A DNA stretch of 64,000 nt from an uncultured Nitrospinota bacterium (GTDB lineage Bacteria > Tectomicrobia > Entotheonellia > J063 > CAVPRW01): the NCBI GenBank assembly GCA_963707985.1, contig CAVPRW010000009.1, forward strand, positions 1-64,000, read 5' to 3'. The notes under the pieces were generated by a model. That model was not told the origin of the DNA. It did no database searches and was given only the letters and a program-made list of their open reading frames with translations. Positions within the stretch are counted from its first letter, which is position 1; every line of letters starts with the position of its first letter. Below, piece after piece: positions 20,822 to 32,029 of this stretch. The translations under genes were made by a program, and so were the position numbers.

Positions 20822-21174
20822 CCAACGAGCGGACCTTTGCCAGGCGCCCCTTCCATCCGAGGAAGGGCGCCCCTCCGCAGGCCCTTCACCGGTAGCGAGG
20901 TCCCTGTCAGTCGTCTGTCCTCTCTTCCAGTGCGCGCCTTACTGGCCGCGCGTTAATTATGCGCGGCAAAAAACGATGCATACCCCATCACACGCGCATT
21001 CGCCACCCTGGCTTTCGATACTCCCGAAGCTCGCATCATCGTCGGAACATGAGCCACTTCTCGGTCATGATCGTTGATCGAGCTGTGAGCTCTATGGTAT
21101 GGTAGCACTTGCACATCTCGGGTCGCTTCCCAATGCTCTACCATATGTCTCTGCATATTTAGGAGGAGAGCGAC

Positions 21175-21915
21175 ATGGCAAGGTCTCACTCAGGACAACG
21201 TCGCATGATGCGATCGGATGTTGTGGCGAGAGGGCTACTGGCCTTCTTTCTGACGCTGGCGTTGGTGGTCACTGCGATACCACCCTCGGCTGCGGATGAT
21301 GCGCTTGATGCCAGGCAACTCGTGGAAAAATCCCAGTTGACCATCGAGAGTTTCATGACGGATCAGGAGATCGAGGCGATTCGCGATCTCATCACTAAGG
21401 CGAGAGGCGTGTTCATCGCCCCACAAGTCTTGAAGGGCGCCTTTATTGTCGGTGCCTCGGGCGGCAGCGGGGTGTTCCTGGCACGTGACGATCTGGGGAA
21501 GCCGTGGAGCGGACCTGCGTTTTATACGATTGGGAGTGTCAGCTTCGGCCTGCAAATTGGTGGGGAAGCATCCGAGGTCATGTTGCTGGCCATGACCCCA
21601 CGTGGCGTGTCAGCCATGCTTGGCAGTACGGTCAAACTTGGGGCTGATGTGAGTGTCGCACTAGGCCCCATCGGTGCGGGGGCATCGGCAGCTACAGCAG
21701 TCTTGAGTGCCGATATTCTCGCGTTCTCCCGGGCGAAAGGACTCTATGGTGGCATCTCGGTGGACGGTGCGGTCATCGCCGTCCGCAGTGATTGGAATCG
21801 CGCCTATTATGGGAAGGACGTCGAGCCCGCCGACATCCTCGTACGCCGGGTCGTGAGTAATCCTCACTCGGCTGGCCTCATCGCTGCCGTCACCAAAGCC
21901 TCCAGCAAGAAGTAA
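21175..21915 (+). CDS. Lipid-binding SYLF/Ysc84-domain protein
   Basis: GA.GG.GV, SFGLQIGG, SRAKGLYGGISVDG, N.AYYG. Confidence 0.9.
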   Translation: MARSHSGQRRMMRSDVVARGLLAFFLTLALVVTAIPPSAADDALDARQLVEKSQLTIESFMTDQEIEAIRDLITKARGVFIAPQVLKGAFIVGASGGSGVFLARDDLGKPWSGPAFYTIGSVSFGLQIGGEASEVMLLAMTPRGVSAMLGSTVKLGADVSVALGPIGAGASAATAVLSADILAFSRAKGLYGGISVDGAVIAVRSDWNRAYYGKDVEPADILVRRVVSNPHSAGLIAAVTKASSKK

Positions 21916-22028
21916 CCCTGGCGTGTCTCGGCTCAGAGTGGGTCCTGTTGCAATTTTTGGCTTGTAGCCGATTGGGGATGAGGAGCCCCCACTGGCGAAG
22001 GGCAGCGGATCCGAAGCACGATCCGCTG

Positions 22029-22388
22029 TCAGCACTCCGAGAGGGGGCTGGAGCGTGAGTGCTTCACGCTTGGTCTTTCGTCCTTCAGCGATGGCAAATG
22101 ACTTACAACGTCGAAATACCACCACCAGCGCGTGCGTGGGATGACGTGTTTCCGGCGGTATGTGACAAGGTCCAAGAAGCGGCGAAGCTCTTGATAGAAG
22201 GCGGTCGCCCTCTCAATAAGGACGCGATCTGCCTCCGCTAGTGCTTCCTGCTCTTTGGAGGTCAGCGTGGACTCAAGCTCGGCCAGTCGATCCCGGATTT
22301 GCAGCATCTCCAAGTGTTCTGCGCCGCTCACCTCAGGATGTTGAACATCCACGCCATAGTGCACCAGCAGCCGGTTCATCGTCCCCAT
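22029..22388 (-). CDS. Hypothetical protein
   Basis: GGAGG RBS, 119-aa helical ORF. Confidence 0.65.
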   Translation of the reverse strand: MGTMNRLLVHYGVDVQHPEVSGAEHLEMLQIRDRLAELESTLTSKEQEALAEADRVLIERATAFYQELRRFLDLVTYRRKHVIPRTRWWWYFDVVSHLPSLKDERPSVKHSRSSPLSEC

Positions 22389-22488
22389 CCTCCAGGGTTC
22401 CCAGCCGTTGAAACCGCAGATTCGTCAAGTATGTCTCCGGGTCCTCCGGTGGGAACGCCGTCTCCATAACGCTCTCAACGACCAACCA

Positions 22489-22901
22489 TCACCAGCCAGC
22501 GGACTCCCTCCACCTCTGCAACGACGGTCGGGTAGACGGTTTCATTCCAGATGTACGAGCTTGGATGAGCGGAGCTAAGACAGTCGGAAGATTTTCATCA
22601 AGATAGTGCCTTGCAAATAGTTCCGTCACAGGTGCGGTTGATTGAGCAGTAGTATTATCAGGACGGTTCAGATTTATCAATGTATCAATTTCTTCCTGAT
22701 GATCTTCATAATAGCTTAAGGCGTCTAATACTTGTGCTAAGGTCAGATGAGGGAAGTACTGCAGTAGCTCTTGAGGAGGAGTATCCAACCTCCAATATTC
22801 CACTAGGATGCGGACCCTAATCCCAGTACCTCTAATAACGGGCTCTCCTGGCCAATGCTTGGATTGCGCACAATATGGGGATGCTCGGTAGCGGTCACCA
22901 T
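22489..22901 (-). pseudogene. DUF433 antitoxin plus DUF5615 toxin remnant
   Basis: TEHPHIV, PHLTLAQVLDALSYYEDHQEEI, then YLDENL; frameshifts and truncation. Confidence 0.7.
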
Positions 22902-23305
22902 GCCCGTGTCGACTTCGCCGCGAGTGATGATGTTAAGGCCATACGGAAGATGTGATCCGTGTGATCCGTATGTACGTGGGAAAGGTTCTGATTTTGTGCC
23001 TCGAGTTTCCCAAGATTGTACACACAGTTCGGTAGCCCATGCCTGTGAAAGAATCGCCGCATCCATGTTACCTACTCCGATTTCTCCCTCGTGGAGGAAT
23101 ACCGTGCTAGGGTTTCTTGGAGAACCTTAACAAACTCTGGCATACGCTCAGCAGCTACAACAACACGAGAGATACACGTAGCCCGGACTGATGTCATTGC
23201 CGCTAACTTTGCCTGTTGTTCTTCAGGAGATCCGAGCACTGGCGGTGAGTATAATTGGAAGAAAGAAACTGGTTTTTCCGTATCATGAGTTTAGCCTGTA
23301 TCCAT

Positions 23306-24836
23306 GTGGCTTTCCCGATGATACCCTATGAAAGTGCTTGTAATTGAAGGGATTCCACATCGACAAAACGCCAGTAGTGCTTCAGACTAAAGATGATCTC
23401 TTCCATCGTCAGGCGCCCCTTGCAAATGACACGTGACGTGTAAAACAAGACGAAACTCGCCATCAGACGCAACACGAGATGCCCATAATAGGCGTCTTCC
23501 CTGTGCGCCTGACAGGACTCGGTCGCCAACAGATGCTTCAGCGTCCGAAAGACAAACTCAATCCAGTTGCGCCGCCGCCACCGCCGGATCAACTGCGGTG
23601 CGCTCAGCGTCGTCTCCAAACACAGCAGATAGAAGCGATCCTGTCCCGGTTCGTCGACGATCACCACGGTCACGGCCCCATAGGTGGGGCTGGTCGCCCA
23701 CAGCCGCACATAGCGGACGCGGGCTTCCCAGGGGTGATCTCGCCAGGGCCATGCCTCGTCCTGGAGCAGGTCCTTCCCTTTGACTTGCCGCCCGTCAGCC
23801 AAGCTAAATGCATAGGACTGTTTGCCCTCTACGAGCAAGGTCCCCTGATGCTGCTGACCCACATGCTGCATCAGTTTCGAGTCGCTAAACCAGCTGTCTC
23901 CCACGATGATCGGAGGGGGTAACGCCAGCCCCCGGCGACGCAGAGCAGCCAGACGCTCATCGAGCATGGTCCGCGTCCAGCTCAGTTTGTCCCGGCAGGG
24001 GGCGCCGGCGCCGATCGGGTCAGGCCGCCGAATGGCAAAGTCCACCGGCACCACCAATTTCCCGTCGCCAATGACCACCACGAGCAACAGCCCATCAATG
24101 CCAGCGAGCACGCGCTTGTGCTGGCCGCTCCACCACCGTCCGACTAACGCCAGCTGTTGCCCATACTTTTTGAACACCGAGTCATCGATCGCCCAGGTCC
24201 ACTGCCAGCGACTCTGCGTCGCCGGACTCTTGGTGGCCACATGGCGCCAAAGCGGCACCAACACCTCCAGTCCTAAGCGCCGCAGCCGCTTGAGCCAGGA
24301 GCGTTTGGGTAGGGCTCCCAGAATGCGCGAGGGCCAGTTCTTGTCCCAGCCCCGTACGCGACAAAGTTCGGATGGGGTACGGCACCCAAAGAGCGCAGGG
24401 AACATCACCCCGACGATTTTGCCCAGGAGCTTCTGTTGGCTGCGTAAGCGGCCTTCGATCTCGGCCACCAGAGTGTCGGGCAGACCCAATTCCTCCACCG
24501 CGTGATGGAGGGCCTCGGCGGCCCGTTGCGCTTGGCGTTGATCACGCTCCAAGCGCTCGTGAGCCTTGCGGCGGCGGCGCAGTCTGGCATGGGCGTGTTT
24601 TTTGGCGTATCGTCTGGCTGGGGACATGATGCTCTCCTGTATGCCGTTCTCATGTAAAGGCAGAGCAGGGAAGGAAACCATGTCCCATCCATTGTCAGAT
24701 TTCAAATTTGAAAGCGCTCAGGCGACAACCCAGCGTCGATGCGTTCATAAAATACCTTTATAATCAATAGCTTTCATGGGGCATCGTACGGAAACCCGCA
24801 CTACGACTCGCTGAAATTTATTACCGGAAAAGTCAG
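23306..24836 (-). mobile_element. IS with intact DDE transposase 23326..~24627 (IS701/IS4-like)
   Basis: IDDSVF, GDSWF, W.IEFVFRTLK; imperfect IRs GTGGCTTTCCCGATGATA / CTGACTTTTCCGGTAATA. Confidence 0.85.
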
Positions 24837-25193
24837 CAATGTCCGAGAAATCTACTCCGACATGAGTAAAGCGAACCGTTCTCAGATAACGTGGGTCCAG
24901 CCGGATGTTTGCAGGTTGTTCTCAGTGTGCGTGGGCTCTTGCGCACTTTTGGTAATTCGGGTGAGCCGAAGCACAATGGCCACACACGAGAAAGGGGTGG
25001 CAGACTCGAAAATCCTTGTGTTAATCAATGGAGCAATGAGTAATCTGCTAGCGCTCAGTTGGCCCATCATTTGGCATCCACCACAAGTACGGAAGAGCCA
25101 GGATGTTGTGACGAGCTTTGCACACCCGGTCGCCCTCGATGAGAGCGGCCTTGTCGGGGTGGTGGACGGCATGGGCGGCAAGGATGTCCATGT

Positions 25194-25895
25194 TCAGCCA
25201 CCGACACCGAGATAGGTCGTCGTGACCCTGTGGTCGGCCCGCAGCGCGTCCGGCGTGCCCTCGAACACGATGGTGCCGTGATCGATGACGTAGACGCGGT
25301 CCGCGAGCCCGAGCGCCATCTCGGCGTTCTGCTCGACCAGCAGCATGCTGACGCGCTCGCGCTTGAGTTCGCGGACGGTGCCCATGACGGTTTCCACCAC
25401 CAGCGGCGCCAGCCCCTGGGACGGCTCGTCCAGGAGGAGCAGCTCCGGCCCCGTCAGCAGGGAGCGGGCGATGGCCAGCATCTGCTGCTCCCCGCCCGAG
25501 AGCAGGCGACCCTTGCGGTCCAGCAGCTCGCGGAGCTTCGGGAATCGGTCGAGCACGCTCTCCATCGACCATCGCGAGCCTGGCCGGCGCGCGATCTCGA
25601 GATTCTCCCGTGCCGTGAGGTAGGAGAAGATGCCGCGCGTCTCGGGCACGAGCGCGATCCCGAGGCGGGAGATCCGGTGGGGCGGGGAATCCGGCGATGT
25701 TGGCGCCCTTGTAGGTGATCTCGCCGTTCCGGGGCGGCGTGAGTCCGGTGATCGAGCGCAGCGTCGTCGTCTTGCCCGCGCCGTTCCGCCCGAGGAGCGC
25801 CACGACCTCGCCTTCGTCGACCCGCAGAGCGAGAGACCGTGCAGGATGTGGCCGAGCCCATAGTACGTGTCGATGCCGCGGATCTCGAGGATCAT
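25194..25895 (-). CDS. Branched-chain-type ABC ATPase (LivF-like), frameshifted
   Basis: [25 protein letters not shown]. Confidence 0.85.
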   Translation of the reverse strand: MILEIRGIDTYYGLGHILHGLSLCGSTKARSWRSSGGTARARRRRCARSPDSRRPGTARSPTRAPTSPDSPPHRISRLGIALVPETRGIFSYLTARENLEIARRPGSRWSMESVLDRFPKLRELLDRKGRLLSGGEQQMLAIARSLLTGPELLLLDEPSQGLAPLVVETVMGTVRELKRERVSMLLVEQNAEMALGLADRVYVIDHGTIVFEGTPDALRADHRVTTTYLGVGG

Positions 25896-26647
25896 GGCGC
25901 CGCGATGCCTCCCAGGTAGGCGCGGCGGACCTCGGCGTTCCGCTGGATCTCGGCCGGGGTGCCTTCGGCGATCACGCTGCCGAAGTGCATGACCGAGATC
26001 CGGTCCGACATGCGTCATCACGACGTCGATCTTGTGCTCGATGAGGATGATCGTGTAGCGGCCCTTGAGCGTTCGCACGAGCGCGACCATCTTCTGCGTC
26101 TCGTCCGGCGACAGCCCCGCGGCCGGCTCGTCGAGCAGCAGGAGGCGCGGCGACGCCGCCAGCGCGATGGCCAGCTCGAGCTGCCGCTGCTCGCCGTGCG
26201 AGATCGCGCGCGCCGGCTGGCCCGCCTTCTCGCCGAGCCCCACCTCCCCGAGCACCGCCATGCGCCCGCCGGTGAGCTCCGGATAGCGGTCGGCCCGGCG
26301 CCACGCCAGTCCGCGCCAGGATGTCCTGCCGCGCGAAGGCCGCCAGCCAGACGTTGTCCAGGATGGACAGCGTGGGAAAGATGCTCGTGCGCTGGAACGA
26401 TCGCGCGATGCCGAGGTGGGCGATGCCGTGGGGCGGCGTTCCGGCGATGTCGCGCCCGTCGAAGATGATGCGGCCCGAGGTCGGGCGTGAGCTGCCCCGT
26501 CAGCAGGTTGAAGAACGTGGTCTTGCCGGCGCCGTTCGGCCCGATGACCGAGTGCAGCGAGCCCTCCTCGACGTCGAGGGTGACCGCGTTGACCGCGGTC
26601 AGCGCCCCGAAGGACTTCGTGAGGCGCTCCGTTCTAAGGAGCGGCAT
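25892..26647 (-). CDS. Branched-chain-type ABC ATPase (LivG-like), frameshifted
   Basis: [27 protein letters not shown]. Confidence 0.85.
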
Positions 26648-27591
26648 CGGCCTGCGTCGCGGCGGCAGCACGCTGCGCCGCGCGCCATGCCCAGAAGCGC
26701 GCCCACGCCTCGACCACCCCGCCCCGGAAGAAGAGCACCACGATCACGAACGCGACGCCGAGCAGGAGCGGCCAGCGCGCCCACATGGAGCTGACCGACT
26801 CCGACAGCCAGATGAACACGAACGAGCCGATGACCGGCCCGTAGAGCGAGCCCGAGCCGCCGATGAGCGTGGCGAAGACGACGTTGCCGGAGAACACGAA
26901 GCCGATGGACTCCAGCGGCACGATCCCGAACAGCATGGCGTAGAGCACGCCGGCCAGCCCCGAGAAGGCCCCGCCCACCACGAAGGCGGCGAGCTTCAGG
27001 CGGGGGACGTCGTAGCCGAGGGCTTCCGCGCGCGCCTCGTTCTCGCGGATGGCCTGCAGGATCTTGCCGAGCGGCGACTCGACGATGCGCTTCATGATCC
27101 AGAGCGACAGGAGGAACAGCAGCGGCGACGACCGCGTAGTAGGCGAGCGGGCGATGGATGTCGAGGCCGAAGAACGTTCGGGCGCGGAATGCCGGGCATG
27201 CCGTCCTCGCCGCCCGTCACCGTCGTCCATTGATAGGCGGTGAAGTAGAACATCTGGTTCAGCGCGAAGGTCAGCATGATGAAGTAGAGGCCGGAGCGCT
27301 GGACGCAGAGGTAGCCGACGACGCGCCGCCGAGACGGCGCCCACCGGATCCCGATGCCGAGCGCGAGGAAAACGTTGATCCCGTGGTGCTTGAGCAGGTA
27401 GCCGCCGACGTAGGCGGCCGAGCCGAAGAAGGTCGCCTGGCCGAACGAGAGCAGCCCCGTGTAGCCCATGAGCAGGTTGAGTCCGAGCCCGAAGATCGCG
27501 AAGATCCAGATCTCGGTGGCGATGGCGTGCCGGACGAAGACCGGGAGCAGGATGACAGCGGCCAGGATCGCCAGCCACGCGTCGACGTCAT
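26634..27591 (-). CDS. ABC permease (LivM-like), frameshifted
   Basis: GYTGLLSFGQ, AIRENE.RA..LG. Confidence 0.85.
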
Positions 27592-28454
27592 CGGATGCCG
27601 AACAGCCCCTGCGGACGCACGAGGAGGACCGCCGCCATGACGGCGAAGATGACGGCGACCGAGGCTTCGGGCCAGACGAGCGCGACGAGGCTCTGGGCCA
27701 CGCCGACGAGCAGCCCCGCCACGATGGAACCGAGCAGGTTGCCGAGTCCCGCCAGCGCGACGACGACGAAGGCGATGCCGAGCATGTCGACGCCCATCAG
27801 CGGGTTGAGGCCCCGGATCGGCGCGGTCAGCGCCCCGGCGATCCCGGCCAGGACGCAGCCCAGCGCGAAGGCGGCGGTGAAGAGGCGGTGGATGTCGATG
27901 CCGAGGAGGGACACCATCTCCTTGTCCTCGATGCCCGGCGCGCATGATGGCCCCGTAGCGCGTCTTCTCGAGAAAGAGCCACGCGCCCAGCACGAGGAGC
28001 GCGGCCGCCGACCATGACGAAGAGGCGGTACTTCGGGTAGAACGTGATGCCGAGGTCGACGCCGCCCCGCAGGAGGGGCGGCGGAAGCTGGCTCATGCCG
28101 ACGGGGCTCCAGACGATGATGATGCCCTCCGTCACGATGAGCGAGAGGCCGAAGGTGAGCAGGAGCTGGTAGTCGTGGCCGGCCCTGTAGAGCGGCCGGA
28201 TCCCTCCGTACTCGATCAGCACGCCCAGGAGTCCCACTCCGAGCGGCGCGAGCAGCGAGGGCCAGCCAGAAGTTGCCGACGAGCTGGATCACCGTGTAGA
28301 GGAGGTACGCGCCGAGGGCGAAGAGGGCGCCGTGGGCGAAGTTCGGGATGTTGAGGACGCCGGTGATGATGCTGAGCCCGATGCCCATCAGGGCGTAGAG
28401 CATGCCCGTGGCGACGCCGTTGAGGATCTGGCTGAAGAGGAGGGCTGTGCTCAC
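27588..28454 (-). CDS. ABC permease (LivH-like), frameshifted
   Basis: NFAHG, RPQGLFG. Confidence 0.85.
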   Translation of the reverse strand: MSTALLFSQILNGVATGMLYALMGIGLSIITGVLNIPNFAHGALFALGAYLLYTVIQLVGNFWLALAARAARSGTPGRADRVRRDPAALQGRPRLPAPAHLRPLAHRDGGHHHRLEPRRHEPASAAPPAGRRRPRHHVLPEVPPLRHGRRPRSSCWARGSFSRRRATGPSCAPGIEDKEMVSLLGIDIHRLFTAAFALGCVLAGIAGALTAPIRGLNPLMGVDMLGIAFVVVALAGLGNLLGSIVAGLLVGVAQSLVALVWPEASVAVIFAVMAAVLLVRPQGLFGIR

Positions 28455-28503
28455 GAGTCTCGGAGCGCTCCCCAGGGCGGGGGGCTGAAGACGGGGCCGC
28501 GCT

Positions 28504-29725
28504 TCAGAGCGTCCCGATGTCCTTGCAGGCCGCGTACTCCGCCGGCAGCGGCGTCGAGCCCGTCGCGACGATGTCGGCGAAGTCCATGGGGTTCTTCATC
28601 GCGTCCTTCTTCTTGCAGCGCATGAAGAAGTACGGCCGCAGCGTCTGGTGGGTCTTCGGGTCCACGCGCATGCGCCCGACGAGGTCGTCCACCTCGAGGC
28701 CCTCGCAGGCCTTGATGACGTCCGGCACCTCGGTGGACTTGGCCTTGTCCATCGCGTGGAGCATCATCCGCGTCATGCCGTAGGCCGCCGCCGGCGCATA
28801 GCCGGGAGGGCCGCCGAACTTGGCCTGGTAGCTCTTCACGAACTCCTTGCGCCACCGGCGTGTCGGCCGTGTAGTAGAAGTTCGAGCCGACCCACATGTT
28901 CTCGCGGATCTCCGGATTGAGCTGCACCAGCTCCTCGACGCCGGAGGACCACGTCAGGATGAGCGGGACCTTCGGGGTGAGCCCGAAGTTGAAGATCTCG
29001 CGCGCGCCGGTGACGGCGTCGAGGCCGAAGTTGATCATGGCCACCACGTCGGGCTTGTTGGCGGCGGCCTTCGTGACGTAGTTGGAGAACTCGCGCTCGC
29101 CGAGCGGGTGCCGGTCGGCGCCGACGAACTCGATCCCGTGCCCCTTGCCCACTTCCTTGATGTACTTCTCCACCGACCAGCCGAAGGCGTAGTCGGCCAC
29201 CAGGAGGTGCCAGCGCTTGGCCTTGGGGTTGGCCTGCATGAAGGTGTCCACCACGGTCTTGGCGGCCGTGTACGGGCTCGCCGCCCACTGGAACGAGTAG
29301 CGGTGGCAGCGCGCGCCCGAGATGTCCTCGGTGCCGCCGCTGAAGTAGTGGAAGATCTTCTTCCGCTTGGCGACCTCCGACACGGCCAGGGCGACGCCCG
29401 AGGACCAGGGGCCGATGATGTACTTCGCGCCGTCGGCGTCGACGGCCTCCTCGGCGCGGCGCGTGGCGCTGCCGGCCTTGGTCTCGTCGTCGCGGGTGAT
29501 GTACTTGACGGTCTTGCCCTGGATCTTCATCCCGCGCTCCTCGAGGGCCATCTTCATGCCGCGGTCGAGGACGGGGCCCACGTCGGAGAAGGCGCCGGTG
29601 AAGGACCAGAGGCCCAGCATGACGACCTCCTTCGGCTGGGCCCGGAGCACGGCCGGGAAGCCGAGCCCGGCCGCGGCGGCGGCGCCGCCCAGTTTCAGCA
29701 CATCACGTCGAGTGAGTTCGCTCAT
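28504..29725 (-). CDS. ABC substrate-binding protein (LivK-like) with Tat signal, frameshifted
   Basis: TRRDVLK signal, DYAFG, HPLG..EFSNY. Confidence 0.85.
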
Positions 29726-30402
29726 CGTGGTTCCTCCGCGCTGCTGTGGGTTCGAGTGGCTCCCTTTGCGTCGGTGGTGGGAGAATCGGCCCAAGGCGGC
29801 TCTGTGTCACGTAGGCGCCTTGACCGCCCCGCAGGCTCGGTCTATATTCGGGGCGACTCGCACTAACTGACCTCGGCTCCCACCGCGGCGATAGGGAGGT
29901 CCACATGTCGCACGCCCGCCTCGGGCTGTACCGGCTGGCCATCGCCGTCATCGCGCGCGCCTCACCCGCCGCGGCAGCCGACACGCTCAACGCCTCTTCC
30001 CTCTGGCCGGAGATCTGGGCACGGCCGATGCTCCAGGAGGAGTATAGGAAACTCAAACGGCATTTTAGCACTGGCCCTTCCGAAGGGCAACGAGAGCAAA
30101 GATCACCACAACATCCTGGCTCTTCCGTACTTGTGGTGGATGCCAGATGATGGGCCAACTGAGCGCGAGCAGATTACTCATTTCTCCATTGATTAACAAG
30201 GATTTTCGAGTCTGCCACCCCTTTCTCGTGTGTGGCCATTGTGCTTCGGCTCACCCGAATCACCAAAAGTGCGCAAGAGCCTGTGCATGGGTTCATTCTC
30301 AGATAATGTGGGTTTGAGCGCTATTATACTCTCAGTTAATGTGGCTGACTTTTCCGTTCCTTATCTTAAGCGGCCATCCATGCGGTCTAGCCGCTAATCG
30401 GT

Positions 30403-30577
30403 CCATGAAAGTTCGGGAAACACAAGGAGTTTTCGGCCACGATCTCCGCCATCAGCATCTCGGGAGTGGCTGGCGGAGGTACAAACTGGGGTCTAGGAGG
30501 TTCGCGGACCCTCAAACCTGACTTGAACCGATTGGATTTCATGGTCATAATCCCTTTAATCACACGAACTTTCATGG
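30403..30577. repeat. Possible MITE, 13-bp IR CCATGAAAGTTCG
   Basis: Perfect inverted repeat at 30403-30415/30565-30577. Confidence 0.45.
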
Positions 30578-30583
30578 GACTTT

Positions 30584-30654
30584 CGGTAGTGTCTCAGTTT
30601 GAATTTTTTGTCCAAATATAGCAATGAGTTCGGAGGCAAAGTGAGACACTACCG
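30584..30654. repeat. Possible MITE, 18-bp IR CGGTAGTGTCTCA(G/C)TTTG
   Basis: 17/18 inverted repeat around an AT-rich core. Confidence 0.5.
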
Positions 30655-30844
30655 GCGATTCAGGAATCTCGAATATGGGGCTATCAAACGATAGTATTCC
30701 ATTTTTTGGGCAGAATCGCCACTTGCCAAAAAAATGAGGAAAAATCATCCTTTATGAGGCAAATCCCCCAGAGGGAGAAGAGGAATAGCAGACCTTAGAC
30801 AGACGCTGCATCTGTCCGCGAAAAGGCACCCCCCCCCGCAGTCC

Positions 30845-31897
30845 CTACGCTGGCAGCGATGTCAGCGCCGGCAGTTGATACAGCTCCCGCACATTCTCCC
30901 GCAGCAACAGCGCTCGCGTTTCTTCCGACACGTGCCCCAGGTCCCGTGCGATGACCTCCCGCGACTTGGGCCAGGTCGAGTTCGGATGGGGATAGTCGTT
31001 GGACCACATCAAATTGTGGCTGGCCCAATTACCGAAAATCCAGCGCGCCGGGGAGTCGTTGAAAAACGTGGCGTAAAATTGGCGCAAGAAGTATTCGCTG
31101 GGGAACATGGTCAGCGGCGAGTCCAGGTTGCCCCGGCCCCAGTACTTGTCATACTGCCCCAGGTAGAAGGGGATCCAGCTCACCTCATTCTCCACCAGCA
31201 CGAACTTCAGCCGTGGATACCGCTCCAGCACGCCCGTCATGATCAAATCCGACATGGCGTTGGAGGCATAGAGCAGCTTGCTGTTCACCGCACTGCGCAT
31301 GGTCTCGAAGGCCTGCCGCCGGCCGCCCCGTGCCGCCGGGCGTGGCCAGGGGAAGGGATGGCCGGTGAGGATGTGCAGGCTGATGGGAACCTCCAGGTCT
31401 TGGGCTGCTCCCCAGAGGCGCTCGTAGTGGTCAGTGGCAAAGGAGAGCTCGGGCGGCGGCGCCTGCCACACCATCGCTCCGGGCAGGCCGGCCGTCCGGC
31501 AGCGCTCCAGCTCCGCCACTCCGTGATCGATGTCATACGTGGAGATGCAGGCCACGCCGTAGAGGCGGTCGGGGGCGACGGCGCAGTATTCCATGATCCA
31601 GTCGTTATAGACTCGGAAGCACGCCTCCTGCAGCGCGGCGTCCTGCAGTCCGAACAGGTCGAGCGCAAAACTCGGATAGAGAACCTCGCCGCTCACCCCA
31701 TCCACCGCCATCTCCTTCACACGCTCGTGTGGGTCCCATCCCCCTGGATGTGCCTGAAAGACCCCGCCCACCTGACGCTCTGGGAAAACCGGCGCCTGGT
31801 CTTTGAAGGATGCGGGCAACCGGTTCTCCCAGAAGTGAGGATCCTCGATGACGTGCGAGTCAGCTGAAATCAGCAGCTCTTCACCCAACGATGCCAT
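30845..31897 (-). CDS. Amidohydrolase_2 family protein
   Basis: ISADSHV, SLH, WSNDYPH. Confidence 0.92.
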   Translation of the reverse strand: MASLGEELLISADSHVIEDPHFWENRLPASFKDQAPVFPERQVGGVFQAHPGGWDPHERVKEMAVDGVSGEVLYPSFALDLFGLQDAALQEACFRVYNDWIMEYCAVAPDRLYGVACISTYDIDHGVAELERCRTAGLPGAMVWQAPPPELSFATDHYERLWGAAQDLEVPISLHILTGHPFPWPRPAARGGRRQAFETMRSAVNSKLLYASNAMSDLIMTGVLERYPRLKFVLVENEVSWIPFYLGQYDKYWGRGNLDSPLTMFPSEYFLRQFYATFFNDSPARWIFGNWASHNLMWSNDYPHPNSTWPKSREVIARDLGHVSEETRALLLRENVRELYQLPALTSLPA

Positions 31898-32029
31898 AGC
31901 GTAACCTCCCTTTTCCTATTCAGTCACAGGTTCAGGCGAACTGCTTTTAGTGGCCATGCCACAGCCTCCACCGAGTGGCTGTGACGCCAGGCTCGATAGA
32001 AGGTTGTTGCGTGTTGGCCGCGCAGTGCT

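Larger units (their letters stand above)
24934..30281. mobile_element. Non-autonomous unit with ~175-bp ISL3-like inverted ends and ABC-transporter cargo
   Basis: Arms 24934-25110 and 30107-30281 start GGCTCTTGCGCACTTTTGG; 8-bp flanking repeat TGTGCGTG/TGTGCATG. Confidence 0.85.

Noticed and set aside
24825..30356. GGAAAAGTCAGC / GCTGACTTTTCC as outer ends of the capture element
   Set aside because: The left copy is better explained as the IR of the IS at 23306-24836, and the TSD fixes the element at 24934-30281.
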